Part shown: one piece after another, positions 1 through 11,670 of the stretch
How positions within the stretch are numbered: position 1 is the stretch's first letter
Layout: every line of letters starts with the position of its first letter
DNA from: Felis catus
Lineage: Eukaryota
Length of the DNA: 64,000 nucleotides
Direction of reading: 5' to 3'
Assembly (NCBI RefSeq): GCF_018350175.1
Contig: NC_058368.1
Location: 65,102,001 to 65,166,000 of the forward strand
The notes under the pieces: generated by a model
The model's database searches: none
Seen by the model: only the letters and a program-made list of their open reading frames with translations
Told to the model about the DNA's origin: nothing
Made by a program: the position numbers and the translations under genes

Positions 1-478
1 TAGCCAAAGTATGGAAAGAGCCCAAATGTCCACTGATGGACGAATGGGTAAAGAAGATGTGGTATATATACACAATGGGGTATTACTCGGCAATCAAAAA
101 GAAAGAAATCTTGCCATTTGCAACTACATGGATGGAACTAGAAGGTATTTTGCTAAGTGAAATTAGTCAGGCAGAGAAAGACAAATATCATATGACTTCA
201 CTCATATGAGGACTTTAATAAGAGACAAAACAAATGAACATAAAGTAAGGGAAACAAAAATAATATAAAAACAGGGATGGGGACAAAACAGAAGAGACTC
301 ATAAATATGGAGAACAAACTGAGGCTTACTGGAGGGGTTGTGGGAGGGGGGGTGGGCTAAATGGGTCAGGGGCATTAAGGAATGTACTCCTGAAATCATT
401 GTTGCACTATATGTTAACTAACTTGGATGTAAATTTAAAAAATAAAAATTTTTTAAATAAGTAAATAAAATAAAATAA
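1..478 (+). mobile_element. LINE-1 3' end (carnivore/felid): ORF2 C-terminus, 3'UTR and A-rich tail; continues left of window
   Basis: Frame 3..209 reads AKVWKEPKCPLMDEWVKKMWYIYTMGYYSAIKKKEILPFATTWMELEGILLSEISQAEKDKYHMTSLI*, a typical L1 ORF2p C-terminus; G-rich 3'UTR; A-rich tail ~435-478. Confidence 0.95.
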
Positions 479-939
479 CTTCTGAGAGAAATGACACCAA
501 GAATTATCTTCTCCCAAGAAACATGACTTCTTTGTCTCTGGTCTTCATTGTTTTAAAAATTGCCTCCTATTTTCCCACAGCTTCAGAGTCCATCACAATG
601 TGGCCATAGGTGATACACAATAGAAGAGTTAGCTTTCAAGCTGTGCCACCCCCAAAATAAAGCATTTGAATACCTGAAAATATTTAGCTTCTGGTAGATT
701 ATATGTGCATCAAAGCTAATTTTGTTTTCTTTGTCTTTGCTTTGGGCCTTATACTCTTGCATGTATAGTTAATACAAGTCCATTCTCCAATTAATGGAGA
801 AACACTAGACTTGAGACTTTAGAAATACTAGAGTATTTCTAGCCCCTTGGCTTATGTTATACCATTCTGACTCTCTCCAAATAAGCTATTTTATTGAACA
901 TTGGGAAGCCAATATGATATGAGTAAGGCATTTCTTCTG

Positions 940-1271
940 CAGGTTGCCTAGGGATCTGTGATTCTAGACTTGGCTTAGATTGAACAGCTCAACTGGGCAA
1001 CTCTGCTCCACCTGTTTCATCCTTTTTCTTGGACCAGCAGTTTAACCCCGGAATGTTCTTTTTGCGGTGATAAAGGAACCAGTTTGAATCCACTCAGGGT
1101 TTGGCACTGGAACACTGTCACTTCTGCCTTATTAGCCAAACCAAGTCCCATGGCCAAATGCCAAAGGTAAGGAAATACATCCCACTTTTACGTAAGTAAC
1201 TCCAGAACCATATGACAACAGGCTTAGATAGAAAGATTTAAAAAATCAGGGATTATAATGCAATCCACCAC
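940..1271 (-). mobile_element. MaLR LTR fragment (MLT1H/I-like)
   Basis: Motifs 'gtcacttctgcc..attagccaaaccaagtcccatggccaaa' and end 'aatccaccac' resemble antisense MLT1 LTRs. Confidence 0.6.
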
Positions 1272-1509
1272 CCACCAAATAGCCTTCTATCACCATATTT
1301 GAAATGGAAAATTGGATTAAATATTTTGGATCCTTTCTAGCTCTAACATTATGGTTTTGTATAAACCATTGCTTAGCAATTCCAAATTATTTTCATTACT
1401 CTACTAATCACAGATATCGGTATAAACTGAATTTAAAACACACTACAGATGCTTTGAGATATATGACATATCCATTGCTCTATTTCCAGGGAGGACCACA
1501 ACTAAATTG

Positions 1510-1561
1510 TATTATCTATTATCTAAATTATCTATTATCTATTATCTAAAATCTATTATCA
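1510..1561. repeat. Imperfect (TATTATC)n short tandem repeat
   Basis: About 6-7 copies of the attatct unit seen directly. Confidence 0.85.
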
Positions 1562-2086
1562 ACTGCTTTTTACACTTAAGGAAAAAGAGTGATTCTGTTT
1601 CCTTGGATGTAATTCCTATAACTTCAGACTTTACCAGGCTTTGGAAATGAATGAGGTCACATAAGGATTTTTACCATATCACGTGTTACTGGGTCTGTAA
1701 TCCACCTGTATAAATCATAGCTCTTCCAACCTCCACACCCACACATCTACTGAATCATTTTTAAGGGTCTCCAGGCTGTATGTACACCGCGCACACTTAT
1801 AAATAAGTCCACTTATATTCTCCAGCTCCAGAATATTTACTAGTACCTTGTCCCTGCAAATACACTGAAAGACAGCAACTTAAGTATTTCTGACATAAAG
1901 TGAATACACACTTTAAAGTGTGTATTTCAATGAGTTTTGACATGTTTATGCGCTTGGGTAATCTTCGCCATAATCTAGGCCACTTCCATCACCCTCAAAA
2001 GGTTCCATGTGCCCCTCTCCATCAATTCTTCCCCTTCTGCCCAGCTTCAGGAAAACACTGACCTGCTTTCTTTCACTCTAGATTAA

Positions 2087-2128
2087 TTTTTTTAATGTTT
2101 TTTAGTTAGTTTTGAGAGAGAGAGAGAC

Positions 2129-2168
<40 letters not shown>

Positions 2169-2327
2169 CAGGGGAGGGGCAGAGAGAGAGAGGAAGACAC
2201 AGGATCTGAAGCAGGCTCCAGGCTCCAAGCTGTCAGTACAGAGCCCAGCACAAGGCTCGAACTCATGAACAGTGAGATCGTGACCAGAGCTGAAGCTGGA
2301 CACTCAACCAACTGAGCCACCTGGCAG
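2087..2327 (-). mobile_element. CanSINE (SINEC)
   Basis: Poly-T, (GA)n and tRNA-derived head; perfect 16-bp TSD tttcactctagattaa at 2071-2086 and 2328-2343. Confidence 0.96.
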
Positions 2328-2861
2328 TTTCACTCTAGATTAAATATAACTGTTTTGGAGGTTCATATAAATAAAATTTTAAATCAGGATTTATATCTGT
2401 ACAGGATTTTTTTTTTTGGTATCACCACGGGATTTATTGTGATTCATTCATATGATTGCTTATTTCAGTATGTTTATTCCTTTACACTGTTGAGTGTCAC
2501 TCCATTGTAAACATACACAACCATTTGTTTATCCATACAACTGCTGAAGAACATTTGAGATATTTCCAATCAATGGTATCATAAAATTGATATAACATTT
2601 GTGTACAAGTTTTTCCATAGACCTTCATAGACTTTATAATTTAATCATTATAATATTATATAATAGTATTTAATTGTGGTTTTAGTTTGCATTTTTTCAG
2701 AAGGCTAATGATGTTAAGCAACTTTTCATGTGATTATTGACAATTTTGTATACATTTTTTAATGCCATGTTCAACCTTTTCTTAATTTTTCACATACTCT
2801 GGACATGGATCTTTTGTCAGATATAGATACTGAAAATATTTTCCCCCTGTCATTTTCCGGG

Positions 2862-2995
2862 TTTTTTTTAAACACTTTTAATTTTTTTGAGAGAGCGAGA
2901 GAGAGAGCATCAGCAGGGGAGGGGCAGAGAGAGAGGGAGACACAGCATCCCAAACAGGCTCCAGCTCCGAGCTGTCAGCACAGAGCGCCAACACC
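2862..2995 (-). mobile_element. 5'-truncated CanSINE
   Basis: Tail, GA-rich part and 'gagctgtcagcacagagc' present, tRNA head absent; direct repeat cctgtcattttc at 2846-2857 and 3003-3014. Confidence 0.88.
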
Positions 2996-5900
2996 ACCCC
3001 TACCTGTCATTTTCTTAAGTATTTTTTGTGAGCAAATTTTTTTTTATATATACATATGTACCTTTTATCAGTTTGTTCTCTTATATTTTGTGCTTTATGT
3101 TCTATTCCAAAAAATTGTATCTATCCCAAAATCAAGAAAAGTTTTCCTTCCCTGTTGGTTTGTGTTATATACTTTTCAATTTTATGTTTAACTCTCTGAT
3201 CCAGTCTCAGTTAATTTTTGCGTGTAGTATGAGGTAGGATCAAGATTCCTTTTCTGAATATGGATAATCAATTAGACATTCCTCACAATTTGACCAAAAA
3301 AAAATCGCATTACTTTGGTACATTTGTAAAAAAACATGAATTAATAATATATGCATATGTCTATCGCTGAACTACATTCTGTCCCATTCTTGTGAGTGTT
3401 TGTCTTTCATTGATTGCTATATTAATTATTGTAGCTTTATAAGTCTTGAAATCAATTAAAGTTTGTCTTCTTTTTTTTTGTAATTCTTTTTGTGATTTCA
3501 GGTCCTTCGTTTTCCCATATAAGTTTTAGAATCAGCTTGTCAATTTTATACAGCTATAAAATACCTGTAGAAATCTTGAGATTGCATTGACTCTGTAGAT
3601 CAATCTTTGGAGAACAGACTTTTTAAAACTTTAGTCTCTCAATTCATGATTTTATATAGTTCTCAATTAATTTTTGTTTTTAACTTCTCTCAGAGATGTT
3701 TTATAGTTTTCGGTAAATAATTCTTGCATGCATTGTTTTCAAATTGTCTTTAAGTATTTTATGGTTTTAATGCTATAAATACTAGTTTTGATTTTACCTC
3801 CAATTGTCCATTGCTAGTAAATAAAAATAAAATTGGATTTTTTGGTATATTGACCTATTATCCTGTAATTTTAAGTTAATTCATTAAACACAATAGCTTT
3901 GATGTATATTTCATAGCATTTTCTAAATAACAACTATGTGATTTGCAAGTAGAGAAATTTTTATTCTTCCTGCCCAATCTAAATGTCTTTTATTCTTTTT
4001 TTGTACTTTTTGTGGAGATGTTGCCTAATAGTGATGAGAAAGAACAATCTTGCCTTCTACCCAATTTTAGAGCAAAATATTCAGTCTGATGATTAAGTAT
4101 ATGGCATCAGTGCTATATTTTTCTGTAGATGCTCTTTATCAGATTAAGGAAATTCTCTTCTGTTTCTAATTTGGAGATAGTTTTTCTCATTAATGGTTGT
4201 TGAATTTTTGTCAAATGCTTTTTCTGCTTCTATGTAGATGATTATATAGATTTTCTCTTCTACTCTCTTATATGGTGAGATATATTTCCAAATGTAAAAC
4301 TAACCTTGCATTCTTTGTATAAATACTATGTGGTCATATATCTGATGTGTTAACCTTTTTTACATACTGTTGTATTTGGTTCGTTAGTATTTAAGAGATT
4401 TTGCACCTGTATTTTTGAGAATCCTGGTATACAGTTCCTTTTTTTGGTAATTTCTTTGCAGATTTTCAATTCACAGGGATGCTGCCCTCATACAATGAAC
4501 TAGAAAGAGTTCCTTCCTGCCCTTTTCTCTGAAAGACTTTGGTAGAATCAGTGCGATTATTTTTCTTAAATGTCCAATAGAATTCACCAGCAAATCCATT
4601 TTAGCCTGAAGTCTTTGTGAGAAGATTTTACTTATTAATTCAAGTTTTAATAGACATCAAGCTATTGAGATATTTTATTTCTTTTTTTTTTTGTATGTAA
4701 TGTTGAATTAACAAATTGTACACCTACACTAGATTTTTTGTTTCTTCTTGATTCAGTTTTGGTAATTTGTGTCTGCCCATTTCCTGTAGGGAGTACAATA
4801 GCATAACTTATTAATATACAATTGCTCATAATAGTTCCTTATCCCTTTAATGTCATTTGAATCTGTGTTGATGTCCATCTTTCATTCATTATATTGGTAA
4901 TTTCTGTCTTCTCTTTTCTCTTGATTAATCTAGTTAGAAGTTTTTCAATTTTATTGTTTATTCGAAGGATAAGCTTTTAGTTTCATTAAGTTTTTCATTT
5001 TCTCTCTCACTGATTTCTTATTATAGCCTTCTTTTTTTGTTGTTTGGATTTAATTTGCTCTTTCTTTTCTTTCTTCTTAAATTGGAAACACAGATCATTG
5101 ATTTTAGATCTTGCTTCTATTCTACTATAAGCACTTAATGCCATAAATTTTTCTCCATATATTGCATTAGCTGAATCTTAGAATTTTGTTTGTTATATTT
5201 TGCTTTCACTCATTTCTAAATATTTTCTAATTTCCCTTGAGATTTCATCCTTGACCTATGAATTTAGAGACATGTTGTTTATTTCCAGATATTTAAAGTT
5301 TTCCTAGATATCTTACCATGCTTTATTCCTAATTTAATTATGTGTGGACAAAGAACATACTTTGATCAGGTTCAGTCCTTTGAATTTATCAAGACTTGGT
5401 TTATGACAGCATATGATCTAGCTTTAAGAATGTTTTTATGTGTACTTGAAATGAATGTGCATTCTTCAGTTGCTTGGTGGAATATTCTATAATGTCACTC
5501 AGGTCAAGTTGGTTGACAATGTTGTTCTAGTCTTCAATATCCTTACTGATTTTCTGTCTACCTGCCCTATTGATTACCGACAGAAAAATGTTGTACTCTC
5601 CAAATATAATTGTAGATTTAGCTATTTCTCCATTCAGTTGTCAGTATTTGATTCATGCATTTTAAAGCTCTATTATTAATTGCATACACATCTAGAACTA
5701 CTAAATCTAATTAGTGAATTGACCCTTTATTATTAGAAATGTACTACTTTATTCCTGTTGTGAAGTCAACATTTTTAGGATTATTATATTTATATGGTAT
5801 ATCTTGTTTCATCCCTCTAACTTTAACCTGTTTCCTTAAATATTAAGAGAGTTTTCCGAGGGCAGTAGATAGTTTATGCTTTATAATCCAATTAATAAAC

Positions 5901-7959
5901 TCTTACTTTTAATTGGAGTGTTTAAACTATTAATAGCCAATGTAATTATTAGTGTGGTTAGGTTTAAGTCTAAATCATGCTATTTGACATTTTTACAGGG
6001 TAGAAAATTTTGGTTGACAGTCTGCTGTTGGTTGTTCTCATTTGTTTCTTTTATGTACTTTACATAGATTTCTGTCCCATTGTCTTCTCTTTTGCATAGT
6101 TTCTGATAAAAAGTTTATAGTCCTTTTGTCTTTATTCTGCTATCTGTAATGCATATTTTTTCCTCTAGGTACTTTTATGAAATTCTATTTTTTACATTTT
6201 TTTTTTGCAAGTTTTATTATCTGGTTCCCGGTGTGTTTTTCTTTGTTTTAATCCTGTTTGGAGAGGTTTTTAACTTCTTGGTGTATTCAATTGTCATCAA
6301 ATCTGAAATAATTTTGCCATCATTGCTTTAAATCTTTTTTCTGACACTCTTCTTTGGTGTACTCTTATTACACATATATTAGAATGCTGCATATGGTCAC
6401 ACAAGTCACTGAATCTATGTTCATTATTTTTCAGAACTTGTTTTCACTGTTTGATGTGGCATAGTTTTTGTTGCTATTATTTCAGTTTATTGAGTTTCTT
6501 CTAAAGATTCTAATCTGCTGCTATTGCCATCAGTGACTATTTCATTTTAGATATTAGATATTTTCTAGAAGTTCTATTTTGTTCTTTTTGTGTCTTCCAT
6601 TTCTTACCTATCTTCATATTTTCTTTTTTGTAGTTGAACATTTTTATAATAACATATCAGTAACCCCCTCACTTTCATTTGTGGACTTTTTTCTATATAC
6701 CGATCTTTCTGTATTTTGTGTCAAAATGTCTTGTTTATTGGCATATCTAATAATTTTTAATCAAAAGCCAGACATTGTGAACTTTGGGTTGTTGTCTAGA
6801 CTTTGCTTAGTTCCTTGAAAGGATATTCATCTTATTCTTGTAATCAGTTAAACAATTTAAGATTAAGTGTGATTAAACTTAACTTTGTTAGAGTACTTAT
6901 AGGGTAGCTTATACCCTAGGTAATGGTTAGCCATATTTGTCGGGCACAATCTTTTTGGGTGTCTAGAGAATGCCTTGAGTGATCAGTGAGGATTTTCAAT
7001 TCTGGCTAGTAAAAACCTAAACATCTTCCAATCCTGTTGTAAAAGGTCTAGAAACCATTGTAGGGCCAACCTTGTTTTCTTACCATTTCTCAAGCATCAC
7101 AGTACTGCAGTGTCTATTTTCCACAGTATATAAAAATGATTACTTTGTATAGTTTTTCTTATTTTCTAGTTTATTATGGGAAATTAAATGTCCCTCTTAT
7201 TCCATTGTTGATCAAAAGAAAAAAACAAACAAACAAACAAACAAAAACCGCCACACCTCACCCTTATAATTTTATCTGAGCAGTGGGCAAATCAGTATAC
7301 ACATTTTGAAAGAGGATATTGTTGTTTATTAATACCAAGCATAGAAAACAGTAGGAGTTTTGGAATTGTTCCAAAAACAAAAGCCAATGAGGTATAATAT
7401 ATCCTACAAACCTGACTTACCATCAAATAAAAACTTGACAGAAAAACAGTATGGTTGAGTAAATAAATTTTGAAGAAACTTTAAGAGCCTTTATCTGATT
7501 CAAAATTGTATGCCAACAATTTGGAAAGGTAGTTCTTAATGCAGATGATTCCAGAGAAGCATAGAGTTAAGAATACCCAAATAATCACTCATTGCTCAAA
7601 GTACTGTTCCAAAATCTTCTGCAGATGAGTGGCTGAACTAATGGATATCAATATCCAGCTCTGTTCAAAGTTTAAGAAAAGGATTTATGTAAGAGTTAAG
7701 TGGGCTATATAACATGTCAAGAGAGAACATCTAATTCTAAGATGAGTTAAACAAACAAAATAAATATAAAAGTATGTAATACTTCCAGGGTATGGTGAGA
7801 GTGGATTATAGTTGTAGGAGTGGGGAAGGAAAAAAAGAATACCATGAAGAAAGCTAGATCAAGATCATACTTTAAGGTTTAATTTATCATTCCAGAAAAC
7901 CAGAAGAAATTTTAATAACTGACCCATGTTGTCAAATGTATAAAGCATGATGGGGACTC

Positions 7960-10560
7960 TGAAACAAAAGATTCAATGAGTTATTAGGTGTGAAAACAAG
8001 ATGAAACAGTTATCAACTGAGCAAACAGTTATTAAACTAGCAAGGAAATTCAATGGATAATAATGCAATTGCACCCTTAATTTGCTATAGAAACTCAATA
8101 GGGAAGAGAATATACACTGAAATTTGATAAGAAAGACATCTTGAGAAAAATTGCAAAAAGAAAAATACAAAGTGAAAGAGAAGAAAGAATTGGGAAGAAA
8201 GGTAATGGAAATGGAGAACAAAGAAATATGAGTGAACCTACAGCAATCTGATGTGTCTAAAGAAGGGATATATTTTTAATTTTTTGAGGGACCTCCACAC
8301 TGTTTTCCAGAGCGGCTGCACCAGTTTGCATTCCCACCAACAGTGCAAAAGCATTCCCGTTTCTCCACATCCTCTCCAGCATCTATAGTCTCCTGATTGT
8401 TCATTTTAGACACTCTGACTGGAGTGAGGTGATATCTGAGTGTGGTTTTGATTTGTATTTCCCTGATGAGGAGCGACATTGAGCATCTTTTCATGTGCCT
8501 GTTGGCCATCTGGAAGTCGTCTTTAGAGAAGTGTCTATTCATGTTTTCTGCCCATTTCTTCACCGGATTATTTGTTTTTTGGGTGTGGAGTTTGGTGAGT
8601 TCTTTTTAGATTTTGGATACTAGCCCTTTGTCCAATATGTCATTTGCAAATATATTTTCCCATTCCGTTGGTTGACTTTTAGTTGTATTGATTGTTTCCT
8701 TTGCAGTGCAGAAGATTTTTATCTTCATTGAGTTTATTTTTGTGAATGGTGTAAGAAAGTGTTCTAGTTTCATTCTTCTGCATGTTGCTGCCCAGTTCCC
8801 CCAGTACCATTTGTTAAAGAGACTGTCTTTTTTCCATTGGATATTCTTTCCTGCTTTGTCAAAGATTAGTTGGCCATACTTTTGTGGGTCCAATTCTGGA
8901 GTCTCTATTCTATTCCATTGGTCTATGTTTCTGTTTTTGTGCCAATATCATACCCTATGACCCAGCAATAGCACTGCTAGGAATTTACCCAAGGGATACA
9001 GGAGTGCTGAGGCATAGGGGCACTTGTACCCCAATGTTTACAGCAGCACTTTCAACAATAGCCAAATTATGGAAAGAGCCTAAATGTCCATCAACTGATG
9101 AATGCATGAAGAAATTGTGCTTTATATACACAATGGAATACTACGTGGCAATGAGAAAGAATGAAATATGGCCTTTTGTAGCAACATGGATGGAACTGGA
9201 GAGTGTTATGCTAAGTGAAATAAGTCATACAGAGAAAGACAGATACCATATGTTTTCACTCTTATGTGAATCCTGAGAAACTTAATAGAAGACCATGAGG
9301 GAGGGGAAGGAAAAAAAAAAAAGGTTAGAGAGGGAGGGAGCCAAAACATAAGAGACTCTTAAAAACTGAGAACAAACTGAGGGTTGATGGGGGGGTGGGA
9401 GGGTGGGGAGGGTGGGTGATGGGCATTGAGGAGGGCACCTGTTGGGATGAGCACTGAGTGTTGTATGGAAACCAATTTGACAATAAATGTCATATTAAAA
9501 AAAAGAAAAAAGAAAGAAAAAAGAAAAAATAAAGAAAGGATATAAACAAATAAAACAAAACATATTTTTAAAAAAGAAAACTTATAGGAAATTAAGACCT
9601 GAATCTGCAACTGAACAGACCCTCCTCATCAGAGAAAGAAAAGAGCAACAAATACCAAGATACACCTTGATAATATCATGATCTATATTATTTAACTTCA
9701 AGAGTCAAGAAGAAAATTTCAACCGAGATAGGAAAAAAAGGAAGAGATCATCCACCTCTTCCAAATATGATTTGCCTGTACATTCTTGGCAATCTCAGAT
9801 AACAATGGAACAACTTCTACAAAATTTTGAAGGAAAAAGTTCTGTACAAATTACATATTTAAACACTGCAGTTATTAATTACATATGAAGGATACTCAAA
9901 TATTCAGGGAATATAGAAATCGCTAAATGATTGATTGATTAATAGATAAGTAGGTAGATAAATAATTTCCTGGAAAAGAACTTGAGATCAACCTAGGCAA
10001 TCAACAAATTCAAATACAGAACTAACAAATGAAACATACATGGTAAAAATAGAGTAGTGGGAAGCAAGGAATAAATATAGATTTATCTTAAATATTGGTA
10101 GTGTTTATTTTTGCCAAACTATTACTATTATGTATCACTATATAAACTGTGAAAGTTAAAAGAATACTATGAAGAAAGACTTTAAGTAATAACAATAATA
10201 AAATTGAATAATAGATTGTCACCAAAATCCAAGATAATGTTGCCAGAAAAGAAAATAAGAAGTAAAGAATTTCATCATCTTTGCAGATGATGAGGAAATT
10301 CAGTGTCTGTTGTTTAATTTCAAAAGTTTATAATTTAGGAAATATATAAAATGTATAATTAAGTGTATTATTTAAAGTTCTATAAGTAATAATTATAGTT
10401 GATCTGAAACATGCATACCTAACAAATTACTAAGAGTGGTGGGTAGGGGTTGAGGAAGAGACCCTATAGCAAAATTTAGCAAACAATGAAACCAGAAAAG
10501 AAGTCTGGAGCAAAGATAAGATGGAAAACAACCAAACATCTATTATGAAAATAACATATT
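7960..10560 (+). mobile_element. Ancient HAL1 / L1 ORF1-like remnant, split by the young L1 at 8273-9530
   Basis: A-rich degraded ORF1-like sequence continues on both sides of the L1 TSD. Confidence 0.55.
8273..9530 (+). mobile_element. Felid L1 (L1_Fc-like) with 5' inversion: antisense ORF2 segment 8273-8953, then sense ORF2 end, 3'UTR and polyA 8951-9530
   Basis: Minus-strand ORF2 peptides ([37 protein letters not shown]); plus-strand PYDPAIALLGIYP...KDRYHMFSL; G-rich 3'UTR ~9388-9423; TSD aaagaagggatata (8259-8272) / aaagaaaggatata (9531-9544). Confidence 0.96.
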
Positions 10561-10609
10561 ATGACAATAAATGTTAATTAGATTGATTTCCATAATAATG
10601 ATTAATCTA

Positions 10610-11670
10610 ACAACCATTGGACATCCTTGTATGTGCAAGACACTAGAATTAAGAAGATACACAATATAGAAAGTTCACACTTTTATTTAGTTTGCCATAT
10701 AACAGAAGAGTGGATGAGTAATAAACGACTTGAGTGCTATGAAAGAGACTGATAGAATGCTAAGAGTATGTACAGTACAGAGAACTAAGTTGGTCTCAAG
10801 AATTAGGGAAGGCTTCTAAAGAAGTGACATTTAAACTCAGACCTGAAAATGAGTAGGATAACCTAGGCCATATGAAGGGAGAGGGTTGGAAGGCATTCCA
10901 GACAGATAATAGAACAAATACAAAACCACTCTTCTGAAAGAATACAGTGAGATCAAGGAAATTTGAAAAATTCAGTATATCCCCACCCAGGCAAATGAGA
11001 AAGAAAGTTTTACATTAAATCTGGCAAGGTAAGCAGGTACTTAAAACTTTTGAAGGCAAATTGTAAAACAGTAAGAAAACTTGACAGATTTTAAGCAAGA
11101 GTTTGGCCTGATCGATTTTGCATTATTCTTCATGGAAGAGTGTTGTGGGATATCAAAGAATAGTTAGCGGTATCCATGACTTCTACCAGCTAGATGCTAG
11201 TAGCACCCCCCCCACACACACACACACACACGCGTGCGCGCACACGCACACTAGCCATGAGTAGTTCTAACCAACAAAAGGCAAACAAATGTCCCTTGGA
11301 AGAAAAAATAGCTCCAACTGGGAACAACTGGATTAGAGGGAATAATGGAATGTGGGGAGCCTGGATAGTAGGCTGCTGGATGGAACAGACAAGAGGTAAC
11401 GTTTGCTTACACTGGAAGGTGGAAGTATAAATGGGGGAAAGTGAATAAATATCAATGCTTGAAGAGGAGAATTGATCGTGATCCGCTGAATACTGGAAGT
11501 GGGGGAGAAAATTTAATCAGGCCTTAATCCTGGGTTTGTCCCTTGAGCTAGATAGATTCTGAAATGGAGAATACCTGGCAATAAGCAGAAATATGGCAGA
11601 AGATCTTAATTTTTCCTTGGACTTATTGACTCTAAAGTATTTATGAAATATTCAAGGAAGATGTAAATGA
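10610..11670 (-). mobile_element. L2 LINE remnant, interrupted by MER20
   Basis: 'gaaggcttctaaagaagtgacatttaaactcagacctgaaaatgagtagga' and 'gaaggcattccagacag' are typical antisense L2. Confidence 0.75.
11165..11330 (+). mobile_element. MER20-like hAT MITE containing a (CA)n repeat
   Basis: 'ctagatgctagtagcacccc', 'aaatgtcccttgg' and terminal 'gggaacaactg'. Confidence 0.75.

Larger units (their letters stand above)
1890..7230 (-). mobile_element. Ancient, degraded long L1M element (3'UTR at left, ORF2/ORF1/5' remnants to the right), interrupted by two SINEs
   Basis: T-rich antisense L1 signatures throughout, e.g. 'ttttagaatcagcttgtcaatt', 'gagattgcattgactctgtagatcaat', 'tagaattcaccagcaaatccat'; no intact ORF. 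Confidence 0.85.

Noticed and set aside
2102..2320. ORFs with ERERE/LSLSL sequences here and at other SINEs (e.g. 35105-35499, 46273-46708, 55692-55892)
   Set aside because: Translations of CanSINE sequence, not genes
8884..9276. 130-aa ORF spanning the L1 inversion junction
   Set aside because: GTG start in antisense L1 fused by chance to the ORF2p C-terminus; no evidence of a promoter or function
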